Assembly (NCBI GenBank): GCA_944327845.1
Contig: CALVHN010000001.1
Span: forward strand, 323,089 to 387,088
Reading direction: 5' to 3'
Length of the DNA stretch: 64,000 nt
Origin: an uncultured Bacilli bacterium
GTDB taxonomy: Bacteria; Bacillota_I; Bacilli_A; RFN20; CAG-826
Each line of letters starts with the position of its first letter. The first letter of the stretch is position 1. A program made the position numbers and the translations under genes. Shown here one piece after another: positions 46,236 to 57,680 of this stretch. The notes under the pieces are model-generated. The model was not told where the DNA came from. It saw only the letters and a program-made list of their open reading frames with translations, and made no database searches.

Positions 46236-48065
46236 ATGAAAATTAAAAATATTGCAATTATCGCACATGTTGACCATGGTAAAACTACACTAGTTAATCA
46301 ATTATTAAAATATTCTGGAACTTTCCGAGAAAACGAAAAAGTTGATGATTTAAGCATGGATTCTAATCCTCTTGAAAAAGAAAGAGGAATTACTATTGTT
46401 TCAAAGCCAACTTCAATTAAATATCAAGATTATAAAATCAATATTTTAGATACTCCAGGCCACGCTGATTTTGGTGGAGAAGTCGAACGTATAATGCATA
46501 TGGTTGATGGATGCTTACTTTTAGTTGATGCTTTTGAAGGAACAATGCCTCAAACAAGATTTGTTTTAAAAAAAGCAATCGAAGCAAATATTAAACCAAT
46601 CGTTGTTATTAATAAAATTGATCGTGCAAACGCTTCTCCAAGCAAAGCTGTTGATGAAGTTTTATCTTTATTTATTGAACTTGGTGCAAGCGATGAAATG
46701 TTAGATTTTAAAGTTGCTTATACTTCAGCTTTAAATGGAACAAGCTCTTTAGATCCATCTCCTTCTTCTCAAGTTCCAGGAATGGATGCAATCTATAATT
46801 TAATTATTAATGAAATACCAGATCCAAAAGTAGAAGAAAATGGTCCATTCCAAATGCAAGCAGCATTACTTGATTATAACGACTATGTCGGAAGAATGGG
46901 GATTGGAAGAATTCAAAGAGGAAGTGTAAAAGTTAATGATATTGTCTCTTGCATGAGACTTGATGGAAGTGTAAAACAATTTAAAGTATTAAAACTTTTT
47001 GGTTTTTATGGTCTTAAACGAATAGAAATTAATGAATGCTCTGCTGGAGATATTTGTGCAATTGCTGGTTTAACTGATTTAAATGTTGGTGAAACAATTT
47101 GTGATAAATCAAACCTTGATCAACTTCCGCTACTTCATATTGATGAACCAACTTTACAAATGACATTTGGTACTAATTCTTCTCCTTTTGCTGGAAAAGA
47201 AGGTAAATTTTTAACCTCAAGGCAAATTGATGAAAGATTATTTAAAGAATCTCAAAGAGATGTTTCTTTAAAAGTTGAAAAAATTCCAAATTCCGAAAAT
47301 TGGATTGTTTCAGGAAGAGGTGAACTTCATTTAGGAATCTTAATTGAAAACATGAGAAGAGAAGGATATGAACTTGAAGTTTCAAGACCAAAAGTCATTA
47401 TTAAAGAAATTGATGGAGTTAAATGTGAGCCATACGAAGATTTAATAATTGAAATTCCTAATGATTTTGTTGGTGATGTTATGACTTCTTTAGGAACAAG
47501 AGATGCTGAATTATTAAATATGGATACTGGTGATTCAACAACAAAATTATCATATATTATTCCTTCTAGAGGATTAATTGGTTTTATTTCTAATTTCTTA
47601 ACTCTTACAAAAGGATATGGAATTATAGCTCATACTTTTAGAGAATATCGTGAAGCAAATCAAGGAAAAATTGGCGAACGTTCAATTGGAGTTTTAGTTG
47701 CAACTGAAGGAGGAAATTCTACTCCTTATGCTTTAAAACACGTTGAAGAAAGAGGCGTAATGTTTGTTGGACCTGGAACACAAATATACGAAGGAATGAT
47801 TGTTGGAGAAAATAAATATGATGCTGATTTAGCAGTTAATGTTTGTCAAACTAAAAATTTAACTAACCAAAGATCAGCAACAAAAGATCAAACAATTGTT
47901 TTAAAAACTCCAAGAAAAATGACTTTAGAAGATTGTTTAGATTATATTAATTCTGATGAACTTGTTGAAATTACCCCTTCAAATTTCAGAATGAGAAAGA
48001 AAATCTTAAATTTAGCTGAAAGAAAAAAATATGAAGCAAAAATAAAATCTCAAGAAAATAATTAA
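46236..48065 (+). CDS. typA: Translational GTPase BipA/TypA
   Basis: [29 protein letters not shown] and NKID motifs. It is 609 aa with BipA-type C-terminal domains and a GGAGGG RBS. Confidence 0.95.
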   Translation: MKIKNIAIIAHVDHGKTTLVNQLLKYSGTFRENEKVDDLSMDSNPLEKERGITIVSKPTSIKYQDYKINILDTPGHADFGGEVERIMHMVDGCLLLVDAFEGTMPQTRFVLKKAIEANIKPIVVINKIDRANASPSKAVDEVLSLFIELGASDEMLDFKVAYTSALNGTSSLDPSPSSQVPGMDAIYNLIINEIPDPKVEENGPFQMQAALLDYNDYVGRMGIGRIQRGSVKVNDIVSCMRLDGSVKQFKVLKLFGFYGLKRIEINECSAGDICAIAGLTDLNVGETICDKSNLDQLPLLHIDEPTLQMTFGTNSSPFAGKEGKFLTSRQIDERLFKESQRDVSLKVEKIPNSENWIVSGRGELHLGILIENMRREGYELEVSRPKVIIKEIDGVKCEPYEDLIIEIPNDFVGDVMTSLGTRDAELLNMDTGDSTTKLSYIIPSRGLIGFISNFLTLTKGYGIIAHTFREYREANQGKIGERSIGVLVATEGGNSTPYALKHVEERGVMFVGPGTQIYEGMIVGENKYDADLAVNVCQTKNLTNQRSATKDQTIVLKTPRKMTLEDCLDYINSDELVEITPSNFRMRKKILNLAERKKYEAKIKSQENN

Positions 48066-48093
48066 AAAAGTCTGCTAAACGCAGATTTTTTTA
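48064..48093. terminator. Bidirectional terminator between convergent typA and the FtsX permease gene
   Basis: AAAAAA-GTCTGC-taaac-GCAGAT-TTTTTTT. Confidence 0.55.
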
Positions 48094-48094
48094 A

Positions 48095-50911
48095 TTATTC
48101 AATAGATTTTAAAGATTCAGACATTTGAATCTTTTTAATTCTTAAAGATATTAAAATATTAACAACTAAAGATACTATAATAGAAATTACAAAAGATAAT
48201 AAGAATGTATACCAATAGATTGTATAACTCCAAGCAACTAAACGAGTTTTATTAGCACCTAGTACCATTATTTCTAAAGGTAAGCCAATTGCCATGCCTA
48301 ATAAACATCCAATAAAAGTTAAAATCATTGATTCAATAATTAAAGAAAGAGCAATTTCTTTTTGAGAGAAACCTAAAACTTTTAAAGTTGCAAGATCTCT
48401 TAATCTTTCTTGATAATTTAAGATAGATAAATTAATTAAAACAACAACTGCTAATAATAAAGCAAAAACTTTTACAGTATTTGTCATATAGCGAATACTT
48501 GACATATAGGATTCAACACGGTTTAAATTATCTTTATAACTATAAATAGAAGAAATTCCATCAAGAGTCATTATCTCTTCTTTTAAATCTTCTTCACTTC
48601 TTGCCCAATTCCCATCTTCATCTTTAATAACATTTATCCAATTTGAATTTCGATAATTTACTAGTTCTATAGTTTCTGAATAAATAAAAATTCCTCTTGC
48701 TGCAAAAGTATAAAATACTTTACTTACATTAAATTCATATAATGTATTATTAAAAAGTATACTTAATGTCTCGCCTTCATTAATTCCAATTTCATCGGCA
48801 ATTGCTTTAGATAAACCACAATTATAAATTATACTTCCATCATCTAAAATCGTTGTTGGATCCCAAGAAGTATATCCAAAATTAGGTGTTTCCTTTGAAA
48901 AATAATAAATCATTTCATTTGAACTTTTATCATCAAAAGAAGCTGTAGTTTGTAAAGAAGCAAACTCATAAACACTTTCAATACCTTCTACTGATTCTAA
49001 AACTTCTTTCATTTCTCCAGCATTAGGATTTGAAGTATAGGTTGTAGTTAAATCAGCACCTAAAATATTATGAATATCAACATCAACGCCATAATTTAAA
49101 GTATCTTCAATACCAAAACCACAAATTAATAAACCACTACATCCCATAACACCAATAATAACCATTATTGATTTAGTAAAATGAACTCGAATATTTCTTA
49201 AAGCCATCATTAATAAAGTTGATTTAATTTTTGATGTTTTTCTCTTTTTAATTCTTATATTAGGAGTTTTTGGTCTCATTGATTGAGTAGGTGAGATTGA
49301 AAGTTCTTTAAAAATAATAATTACTGTAATTAAAGCAACCATTATTAATATTCCAAATAAAGTAATTAATGAACTTAGAGTTGGAAAAACATAGGTTATT
49401 TTAGGTAATTCATATAATAATTCATATTTAATATTCATAACTTGAGGAATTAATAAAGGACCAATAATAAAACCAAGTGCTATTCCAATTAAGCTAACAA
49501 TACTAAATAGTGAAATATAATAAAATAATATCTTCCATTTAGGAATTCCTAGCGCTTTCATTGTTCCAATTTGTGTTCTTTCTTTTAAAATCATTTGAGT
49601 AATTGTCGTTAAAACAACTAAAATTGCGACAACGAAAAAGATAATTGGAAAAGTAAGACACATTTGTTTTGCTTGATTAATATCATTTTCAAGAACAAAA
49701 CACGATGGATAATTATCTTTATCAAGAATTGCTATTAATTGCGATTGGGTAGCGTTTTCCTGACTATTTTTATTATTAAAATAACTTGTTAAGTTATTTT
49801 CTATTTCTTTTAAATCTTGATTATTATCAAGTTTTATTATGTATTGATTATATATTCTTTTTAAAAGATTCGATAAATCATTGTCTTGAGCTTCAAAAAT
49901 ACTATATTGAAAATAAGAAATAATCATTTTTCGATAATTTTCTATTGTTTCTGCGTTTGTTTCAATATAAGCCAATAAAACTAGCTTTAAAGCTTCATCA
50001 TTAACATTTTCGTTTATAAGCTTAACTAAATTATCATAGGTAAAATTATTTCCTATAAAACTAACTATTGAAGTAAATAAAGTTTTTGAACCCATTAAAA
50101 AGTAAGTTGTATTAAATTCTCCATTTTGAGCATTTTCTGGATGATTCATAATTCCAGTAATTTCAACAGGGAAAGAAATAGAATTATTCGAAAAAATATT
50201 AGAAATTTGCAAGGTTATTGTTTCAAGAATGTAAGTTTTATTAGTTTTTAAAAACTCGATAATGGAACTAATTTGTTCGCTTGTTGATTCTAACGTTGAT
50301 TCTAAATAATTAACGATTACATCGTAATTTTCAGTAATAAAATCAGTAATTATTGATTCAAAATTTTGAAAATATGAAGTATCAAAAGATACATCAATCT
50401 CATCACCAATTCCTATTTTTTCTTCATTATATTGATTGTGAAAATCAATAAATGCTTTATCTACATAAAAGAAATCTTCTAAATTATTTGAAACATTGCT
50501 ACTTTGGAATTCTAAATTATAAGGTTTATTTATGTTAGGTAAAGAATAATAAATTAAAGCATTACTAACCTTATCACCTAGCATTGAAGGCATCATTAAT
50601 CGAGTTTCAAGATTAGATTCTTCTCCAATTATTTCTTGAATTTTTGTTTGTTCATTTTCTAAACTATCATTTGAAAAATCGTTTATATTTGGGTTAAAAG
50701 TGAGCCAAATATCAGCTAAATTACCATATTCCTGAGAATAAACTTGATCTACTCTTTTTTGAATTGATTCATAATTTGCATCAAGACCAACATATAAAGT
50801 TACAGAAATTCCAATTATAAAAATAATTGAAATAAATTGTTTGATATTTCCAATAAAATCACGAAAACATTTTTTAACTAAAGTCTTAAATAATCTCATA
50901 TTATTTACCAT
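48095..50911 (-). CDS. FtsX/MacB-type ABC permease with duplicated FtsX domains and large extracytoplasmic domains
   Basis: 938 aa. An N-terminal TM is followed by a ~380-aa soluble region and 3 TM helices, then the layout repeats. It overlaps the ATPase gene by 7 nt. Confidence 0.8.
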   Translation of the reverse strand: MVNNMRLFKTLVKKCFRDFIGNIKQFISIIFIIGISVTLYVGLDANYESIQKRVDQVYSQEYGNLADIWLTFNPNINDFSNDSLENEQTKIQEIIGEESNLETRLMMPSMLGDKVSNALIYYSLPNINKPYNLEFQSSNVSNNLEDFFYVDKAFIDFHNQYNEEKIGIGDEIDVSFDTSYFQNFESIITDFITENYDVIVNYLESTLESTSEQISSIIEFLKTNKTYILETITLQISNIFSNNSISFPVEITGIMNHPENAQNGEFNTTYFLMGSKTLFTSIVSFIGNNFTYDNLVKLINENVNDEALKLVLLAYIETNAETIENYRKMIISYFQYSIFEAQDNDLSNLLKRIYNQYIIKLDNNQDLKEIENNLTSYFNNKNSQENATQSQLIAILDKDNYPSCFVLENDINQAKQMCLTFPIIFFVVAILVVLTTITQMILKERTQIGTMKALGIPKWKILFYYISLFSIVSLIGIALGFIIGPLLIPQVMNIKYELLYELPKITYVFPTLSSLITLFGILIMVALITVIIIFKELSISPTQSMRPKTPNIRIKKRKTSKIKSTLLMMALRNIRVHFTKSIMVIIGVMGCSGLLICGFGIEDTLNYGVDVDIHNILGADLTTTYTSNPNAGEMKEVLESVEGIESVYEFASLQTTASFDDKSSNEMIYYFSKETPNFGYTSWDPTTILDDGSIIYNCGLSKAIADEIGINEGETLSILFNNTLYEFNVSKVFYTFAARGIFIYSETIELVNYRNSNWINVIKDEDGNWARSEEDLKEEIMTLDGISSIYSYKDNLNRVESYMSSIRYMTNTVKVFALLLAVVVLINLSILNYQERLRDLATLKVLGFSQKEIALSLIIESMILTFIGCLLGMAIGLPLEIMVLGANKTRLVAWSYTIYWYTFLLSFVISIIVSLVVNILISLRIKKIQMSESLKSIE

Positions 50912-51675
50912 TCAATTTCATTTGGTTTTTTAGGATTTTCTTGAACTTGATCTGAAACTATTTTTCCATCACTTACTTGAATAATTCTATCAGCGATAAC
51001 TGAAATAGCTTTATTATGAGTAACAATAACTACTGTTTTTCCCTGCTCTTTTGCTACTTTATAAAGTAAACTAATAATTTGAGCACCTGTTTTAGAATCA
51101 AGAGCACCAGTAGGTTCATCAGCAAGCAATATTTCAGGATTTTTAACTAAAGCTCTAGCAATTGCAACACGTTGTTGTTCACCGCCAGAAAGTTGAGAAG
51201 GAAAATTATTTTTTCGATCACCTAAACCAACAAGATTTAACACTTCTTCAACATTATAATGCTTATTAACTAAGCTTGATGCTATATAAACGTTTTCATA
51301 AGCAGTTAAAGAAGGCATTAAATTATAAAATTGAAAAACAAAACCAATTACATTCCTTCTATATTTAGCTAAATTAGTTTCATCAAGTTGAGTAATATCA
51401 ATATTTTTATCATTCTCATTTAAAATAAAGCTTCCTTTACTTGCTCTATCCATTCCACCTAAAATGTTTAATAAGGTAGATTTTCCAGCTCCACTTGGTC
51501 CTAAAATAACAGTAAGTTCACCTTTATTAATTGTAAATGAAGCATCATCTAAAGCTTTAATAACTGCTTCATCATGCTTTTCATCCCCGTATATTTTACT
51601 TATATTTTTTAAAATAATATGTGGGATTTGCATAGTTTTTTTATTGTTTTCTTGATTTTTAATTTCTTCTTCCAT
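50905..51675 (-). CDS. ABC transporter ATP-binding protein (MacB/LolD-type)
   Basis: Walker [11 protein letters not shown]-loop, signature LSGGEQQR and Walker [13 protein letters not shown]. Confidence 0.9.
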   Translation of the reverse strand: MEEEIKNQENNKKTMQIPHIILKNISKIYGDEKHDEAVIKALDDASFTINKGELTVILGPSGAGKSTLLNILGGMDRASKGSFILNENDKNIDITQLDETNLAKYRRNVIGFVFQFYNLMPSLTAYENVYIASSLVNKHYNVEEVLNLVGLGDRKNNFPSQLSGGEQQRVAIARALVKNPEILLADEPTGALDSKTGAQIISLLYKVAKEQGKTVVIVTHNKAISVIADRIIQVSDGKIVSDQVQENPKKPNEIEW

Positions 51676-51685
51676 ATTTAAACTC

Positions 51686-53281
51686 CTATAAAAGTGGTGA
51701 GAAAATTCTTAGTATACCCCAAAACATTCTTTTAAAAACTGATTTATTTATCCATTGGCCTAAGTATTGCTTTTTAGAAACTAAAAATAACTCATCGAAG
51801 TCATTTTTAATATCTTTAATTATATGACCTTTATAAAAAACAATTCCGTTTTCAAAATGTAAATATAAACTTCGATATTCAAAATTTATCGTTCCAGTCA
51901 TTGCAATTTCATCATCAACTAAAATCATTTTTGCGTGATTAAAACCAGGCGTATATTCATAAATCTTTATACCTTCAGATAGAAGCATTGAATAATAACT
52001 TCTAGTTAAACTAAATACGATTTTTTTATCAGGAATTCCTGGAGTTAAAATTCTAACATCAATTCCAGATTTTGCAGCTGTTGTTAAAGCTGTAATAAGT
52101 TCTGTGTCTGGATTTAAATATGGTGTAGAAATATAAACATATTTTTTAGCTCTTGAAATCATTTGAAGATAAGCAGTCTTTGCACCATCTTCACCATCAA
52201 AAGGAACCTCACCAAAATTTTGAACAAATGCATCTTTTTCTATTTTAATAGGTTCAAATAAACATTCCTTATTCTTAGAAAAAGAATATTTTTTAATCTC
52301 GTTTACGTCTTTAATTGGATCTTTAGTAATTAAGGCCCAGTTTGATAAAAATAAAGTTGTTAAGCTAGTAACACCTTCTCCTTTTATTAATACAAAATTA
52401 TCTTTCCAATTTCCAAATCTTTTTTTAATGTTGATATATTCATCAGCTAAATTGCATCCACCAGTAAAGCCTCTAACACCATCAATTACAATAATTTTAC
52501 GATGGTCGCGTGAATTTTGTCTTATATCAACCAAAGGTCTAATTCGATTGAAAGCAAAACATTTTATTCCATCTCGTCTTGCTCTTTTAAAAAAATTAGC
52601 TTCAACTTTAGCTACACTTCCAAAATCATCATAAATTAATCTAACATCAACACCAGATTTAGCTTTTTCTCTTAAGATGTCATATATTTTTCCAAACATA
52701 TATCCATCTTCAATAATGAAATACTCAATAAAAATAAATTTTTGAGCCTTAGATAATTCTTGAAGGATATAAGGATAAGCTAATTCTCCTAACTTAAAAT
52801 ACTGTGTTTCGGTATTTTGATATAAGCTTGCTTCGCATTCCTTGTATAAATAACGAGCAATGGCCCAAGAATCACCATTCAACTTTTTAAGCTTATCCAA
52901 AGTTTTTTCTGAAGCATCTTTTCCTGCCCACAATTCAAGTTTAATCTTATTCAAACGAAGTTTTCTTTTTCTTTTAGTTGTTATTTTATTTGCATAAAGT
53001 AAATAAATTATTGCTCCACCAACAGGAATTGTAATAATAACAACTAACCAACTAAGCTTAAAATTTATTTGAACTTTATTATTAAAAATAAATAAAGCTA
53101 AAACAGTATTTACTAAATAAAGTACTAAAAAAGGAATAACAAAATACCAAGAATCTAAATTAACAAAAAAAGGTAAGATAAATAAAGATACAATTAAAAC
53201 TGTACCTAAAGCAAAAACTAAAGACGCGATATAAAGCCTAATTTTTGATGGCTTTCTTTTTTCACCACGTTTATCTCTCAT
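51686..53281 (-). CDS. cls: Cardiolipin synthase (two HKD motifs)
   Basis: N-terminal TM helices, with HKD motifs HRKIIVIDG and NHAKMILVDD. Confidence 0.9.
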   Translation of the reverse strand: MRDKRGEKRKPSKIRLYIASLVFALGTVLIVSLFILPFFVNLDSWYFVIPFLVLYLVNTVLALFIFNNKVQINFKLSWLVVIITIPVGGAIIYLLYANKITTKRKRKLRLNKIKLELWAGKDASEKTLDKLKKLNGDSWAIARYLYKECEASLYQNTETQYFKLGELAYPYILQELSKAQKFIFIEYFIIEDGYMFGKIYDILREKAKSGVDVRLIYDDFGSVAKVEANFFKRARRDGIKCFAFNRIRPLVDIRQNSRDHRKIIVIDGVRGFTGGCNLADEYINIKKRFGNWKDNFVLIKGEGVTSLTTLFLSNWALITKDPIKDVNEIKKYSFSKNKECLFEPIKIEKDAFVQNFGEVPFDGEDGAKTAYLQMISRAKKYVYISTPYLNPDTELITALTTAAKSGIDVRILTPGIPDKKIVFSLTRSYYSMLLSEGIKIYEYTPGFNHAKMILVDDEIAMTGTINFEYRSLYLHFENGIVFYKGHIIKDIKNDFDELFLVSKKQYLGQWINKSVFKRMFWGILRIFSPLL

Positions 53282-53320
53282 GACTATAATTTTAAAATAA
53301 AAATATAATTATTTTAATAA

Positions 53321-53977
53321 TTAAAATAAGAATTTGTTTATTTCATTAAAATCATCAATTAAAGCTACGTTTTCTATACTAGATAATAGCTTTCTTGAAT
53401 TATGCCCTTTTGTATAAAGTAAAACTTTAAAACCTAGTGTTTTCCCAACTTGATAATCATGTAAAGTATCACCAATTAATAAACATTCAGAAGGATTTAT
53501 TTGATATTTTTTAATATAATCCTCGGCAACTTCAATCTTACTTTTTGCGTGAATATTATTTAAACCAATGACTCCATCAAAATAATCAAATATTTGAAAA
53601 TATTTTAATTGTTTTATTAATAAATTAATTTCAGAAGCAGATAAAACATATAGTTTATATTGTTTATCTTTTAATTCCTTTAATATTGAAACAACATTTT
53701 TTGATAAGGAGGTTTCATTTTTTTCTCTTAGATTATAATGTTTAAAAAAATAATTAGCCATTTCACTAAATTTATCATCTGGCACGCCTAAATAATCATA
53801 AAATGATTTTATTGGAAATTTAAAATTATCCAGATATTCTTCTAGAGTAATCTGCCTTAAATTAAGTTGAGCAACTATTTCTTTTTCTAAACAAAAAGAA
53901 AGATTTACATCATCCAATAATGTTCCATTAAAATCAAAAAAAATATGTTTTATCATCAATATCCTTGTAAAACTCAA
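53321..53977 (-). CDS. HAD-superfamily hydrolase (phosphatase)
   Basis: Motif I FFDFNGTLLDD, motif II LSAS, and motif IV GDTLHD. Confidence 0.75.
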   Translation of the reverse strand: MSFTRILMIKHIFFDFNGTLLDDVNLSFCLEKEIVAQLNLRQITLEEYLDNFKFPIKSFYDYLGVPDDKFSEMANYFFKHYNLREKNETSLSKNVVSILKELKDKQYKLYVLSASEINLLIKQLKYFQIFDYFDGVIGLNNIHAKSKIEVAEDYIKKYQINPSECLLIGDTLHDYQVGKTLGFKVLLYTKGHNSRKLLSSIENVALIDDFNEINKFLF

Positions 53978-53985
53978 TTATTTTA

Positions 53986-55254
53986 TTAAAATTCAGAATA
54001 CTTCATGGCTTTTTCAATGTCATCAACTTCTTTAATAATATTGCCACTTAAATTATAAGACCCTTCTTCTGTTACTAAAATATCATCTTCAATTCTTACA
54101 CCAATTCCATATTCTTCAAAATATAATCCTGGTTCGCAAGAAATAATATTTCCTTTTTCAAGAGGTTTCTCTCTTAATGATGGATCGTGTGTATCAAGAC
54201 CGATATGATGAGAAATTGAATGGAAATAATATTTTTTAATATCTTCTTTTTCTTTAATTAATCCTTCTTTTAAACATTCATTTGCTAAAAATTCAATAGT
54301 TAAATTATTTAATTCTTTTAATGTAATACCAGGTCTAATCTTGCTAATAATATACTTATTACATCCTAAAACAATGCTATAAATTTTCTTTTGGAGAGGA
54401 CTAAATTTTCCACTTACAGGGTAAGTTCTAGAAATATCAGCACAATAACCATTGTTTTTTCCACCTAAATCAAAAAGAATCAAATCATCATTATTAAGTT
54501 TTGATTTTAAAGAGGTGTAATGTAAACATGTGGCATTTTTTCCACTTGCAGCAATTGTAGGGAAACTTAAAGGTGCAAAATCATAATCTTGGATTGTGTA
54601 GAAAAATAAAGCAGCTAATTGATATTCATAAAGGTTTGGTTTTAAAGTCTTCATAATTTTCTTTAAACCGATGTTTGTTTTAGTGATTGCTTCAATAAAT
54701 TCGTCAATTTCAGCTTGCGATTTAACCATCCTTAATTCGATTATGCTTTGATAAACATCTTTAATATTAAGATAAGGATAATTATTTTTAAGACCATAAG
54801 AAAAATCATCAATATCTTTATCTTTGCTTATTTTTTGCTCACCATCAAAATCAAGATATAAAGTTTTTATATCGCCATAAATTTTTTCTCTCCTATTTAA
54901 AATTAAATCAAGTTTTGAATCAAAAGAATCAACAATTAAGACATTTTCAATTCCACTTAAATTTGTTGCTTCTTCTATAGTTAGTCTTCTTCCAGTCCAT
55001 TTTTCTTTTAATTCATCACGAGGCTGAATAAATAAAAATTCTTTCATTAAACCATCGCTTTTTATTAAAACATAAATGGAATTTTCTTGTTCAATATTTG
55101 TTAAATAATAAAAATTACGATTAGCTAAAAAAGGATAATCTTCATCTGCACTACTTTTTTTTGCAACACCAGAAAATAAAATTGTAATGCTATTATCGTC
55201 GATTTTCTCAAATAAGTTCTTTCTTCTTAAAGAAAATTCATATGCACTTATCAT
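53986..55254 (-). CDS. Xaa-Pro aminopeptidase / M24B peptidase
   Basis: The metal ligands follow the M24 pattern: FDLGG..YCADISRT, HHIGLDTHD, EPGLY and IRIEDD. Confidence 0.85.
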   Translation of the reverse strand: MISAYEFSLRRKNLFEKIDDNSITILFSGVAKKSSADEDYPFLANRNFYYLTNIEQENSIYVLIKSDGLMKEFLFIQPRDELKEKWTGRRLTIEEATNLSGIENVLIVDSFDSKLDLILNRREKIYGDIKTLYLDFDGEQKISKDKDIDDFSYGLKNNYPYLNIKDVYQSIIELRMVKSQAEIDEFIEAITKTNIGLKKIMKTLKPNLYEYQLAALFFYTIQDYDFAPLSFPTIAASGKNATCLHYTSLKSKLNNDDLILFDLGGKNNGYCADISRTYPVSGKFSPLQKKIYSIVLGCNKYIISKIRPGITLKELNNLTIEFLANECLKEGLIKEKEDIKKYYFHSISHHIGLDTHDPSLREKPLEKGNIISCEPGLYFEEYGIGVRIEDDILVTEEGSYNLSGNIIKEVDDIEKAMKYSEF

Positions 55255-56078
55255 TATTTTTCTTCCTCCATAATTTTATTAACTATCTCATTAAATTCAT
55301 TAATTTCAACATTAACTGCCTCACCATTATCAATCTTAACTGAAGTTTCAGAAATTAAAGGTAAACGTCCTAAAATTTTAAGATTATTTTCTTTAGCATA
55401 AGTTTCTAGTTTTGATTTGCCAAATAAATAAATCTTTTCATTGCATTTTGGACAAGTAAGATAAGACATATTTTCAATAATTCCAATAATTGGAATGTTC
55501 ATCATTTTGGCCATATTAATTGCTTTTTTAACAATTAATGAAACTAAATCTTGAGGGGTTGAAACAATTATTATTCCATCTAATGGAATCGATTGAAAAG
55601 CTGTTAAATTAATATCACTTGTTCCTGGTGGCATATCAATAAATAAATAGTCTAAATCTTCCCAAAGAACATCTTTATAAAATTGAAGTAATAATGTGGA
55701 AGCTAATCCTCCTCGCCAAATAATTGGATCATCTTCATTAGCTATAAGCATATTTGAAGAAATAATTTTAATTCCTTCCTTAGTAATAGCTGGAAAAATT
55801 AAACTATTTCCATCTCCGTAAGCTTGTTCATGGATATTAAAAGATTGTGGAATGGATGGTCCAGTTATATCTCCATCTAAAATTCCAACTTTTTTATTTA
55901 ATTTATTAAATTTTGAAGCAAGCATTGATGTTACAAAGCTTTTACCAACCCCACCTTTTCCACTAACAATAGCGTAAGTGTGTTTAATAAAACTTCGATC
56001 ATTTAATTTAACTTTTTCTATTCTACTAGAACAATTTTCAACAGTGCATCCTTCGCAATTATGATTGCAATCTGACAT
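55254..56078 (-). CDS. Mrp/ApbC-type Fe-S cluster carrier ATPase
   Basis: Deviant Walker A SGKGGVGKS, CxxC (CPKC) in the C-terminal half, and a Cys-rich N-terminus. Confidence 0.85.
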   Translation of the reverse strand: MSDCNHNCEGCTVENCSSRIEKVKLNDRSFIKHTYAIVSGKGGVGKSFVTSMLASKFNKLNKKVGILDGDITGPSIPQSFNIHEQAYGDGNSLIFPAITKEGIKIISSNMLIANEDDPIIWRGGLASTLLLQFYKDVLWEDLDYLFIDMPPGTSDINLTAFQSIPLDGIIIVSTPQDLVSLIVKKAINMAKMMNIPIIGIIENMSYLTCPKCNEKIYLFGKSKLETYAKENNLKILGRLPLISETSVKIDNGEAVNVEINEFNEIVNKIMEEEK

Positions 56079-56080
56079 AA

Positions 56081-56683
56081 CTAATCCTCCATAATAATCT
56101 CTTTAATATAAGAATTTTCTATCTTTAAACTTGGATAAAATAATGTTTCAAGTTCATTCTCATTAAAATCTAAGGGTGAACGAAACTCGATGAATATTTT
56201 ATCATTAAAAAATGTTTTATTGATAATAAGATTGTTTATATTTAAATAATTTTTAAATGAATCAAATGATTGATAATCAATTGAAGCTTCAACAAATTTA
56301 AAAGTAGATAATTTTACTTTTTTTGCTAAATTAACTACTTCTTTAGCAGCTAATGAATAGGTCCTTAATAATCTTCCACTTCCAAGTAAAGTGCCACCAA
56401 AATATCTAACAACAAATAAAGCAACGTTCTTAAGTTCATTCCCTTTTAATACATTATAAATAGGTAAACCAGCTGTAGAACTAGGTTCACCATCATCACT
56501 ATATTTATATGTATCATTTAAAATATAAGCATAGCAAATATGCCTAGCTTTTTTGTGTTCTTTTTTTAAATTTTTATAAAAATAATCGAAATCTGCAAGG
56601 TTTTCAATATGAATTAAATAGCTTATAAACTTTGACTGAAGAACTGAAACTTCATACTTTTCACTTTTTAAAATCGTATACAT
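56081..56683 (-). CDS. IMPACT/YigZ-family protein
   Basis: RHICYAY..DDGEPSSTAGLPI and the GG..LG..GL pattern are typical of UPF0029/YigZ. Confidence 0.7.
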   Translation of the reverse strand: MYTILKSEKYEVSVLQSKFISYLIHIENLADFDYFYKNLKKEHKKARHICYAYILNDTYKYSDDGEPSSTAGLPIYNVLKGNELKNVALFVVRYFGGTLLGSGRLLRTYSLAAKEVVNLAKKVKLSTFKFVEASIDYQSFDSFKNYLNINNLIINKTFFNDKIFIEFRSPLDFNENELETLFYPSLKIENSYIKEIIMED

Positions 56684-56726
56684 TTTTCTACCTATACCAA
56701 AGATAATATATTATAATATACACAAT

Positions 56727-57671
56727 ATGAGTAATAAAATTAAATGCAAAAAATGTAATCTAACAATTGATGATGATTCAGTAACTTGTCCATACTGTGG
56801 TTATCCAATTAATGAAGAGAATCCTCAACCACAAGAACAAGAAAAAGAATCAAAAGAAGAAAATCAAGAAGAAGTCAGTCAAGAAGAACAGGAAGTTATT
56901 GATTTTATTAACTCAGTAAACGAAAAAAGTAAAGAAAAACATAGTTTTTTTAAATTTCCATCAAGAGAAATTGAACTTTCTATCCCAAAAAGACTATCTT
57001 TATTTTTATTAGGTTTTATTGGATTATCGCTGTTTTCCTATCTTATTCAAATAATAATAAATGCAATAAATCCTAATTACTTAATTCTCTCTCCTACTAT
57101 CGCTGCAGTTAATTTTGGCTTGTATTTTATTGCTTTTGGAATAATGGTAATGATTTTAAATATTGATAATCTTAAATTATTATCAGAATTTAAAACGATG
57201 AATACTTGGTCAAGTGGTTTATTAAATGGAATTACATTAATGATAATTTCTTCAATAGTCACTTCTATTTTTTATAGTTTTTCAAGCGGTGCAACAAGCA
57301 ATGCAAACGAATCCTCCATTGAATCAATAACTAATTTATATCCAATACTTTCAATCATCGTATTTGGAATTATTGGACCAATCGTAGAAGAATTTACTTA
57401 TCGTGCAGGTTTATTTTCACTTCTTAAAAAATTTGGAAGAATACCTGCTTATATCATTTCAATTATAATTTTTGGATTGTTACATTTTAGTTTTGATTTT
57501 TCTAGTACTGAAAATTTAATAAATGAATTAATCAACTTACCTTCTTATATGATAGCAGGTGGAATTTTATGTTTTATATACGAAAAACATGGTTTAGGTG
57601 CTTCAATTATTTCTCACGCTACCAATAATTTAATATCCGTTCTCTTAACTATTATCATTTCTATAATATAA
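56727..57671 (+). CDS. CPBP-family intramembrane metalloprotease with an N-terminal zinc ribbon
   Basis: CKKC..CPYC zinc ribbon, followed by TM helices. The CPBP motifs are EEFTYRAGLF, FGLLHF and HATNN. Confidence 0.75.
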   Translation: MSNKIKCKKCNLTIDDDSVTCPYCGYPINEENPQPQEQEKESKEENQEEVSQEEQEVIDFINSVNEKSKEKHSFFKFPSREIELSIPKRLSLFLLGFIGLSLFSYLIQIIINAINPNYLILSPTIAAVNFGLYFIAFGIMVMILNIDNLKLLSEFKTMNTWSSGLLNGITLMIISSIVTSIFYSFSSGATSNANESSIESITNLYPILSIIVFGIIGPIVEEFTYRAGLFSLLKKFGRIPAYIISIIIFGLLHFSFDFSSTENLINELINLPSYMIAGGILCFIYEKHGLGASIISHATNNLISVLLTIIISII

Positions 57672-57680
57672 GATTTAACT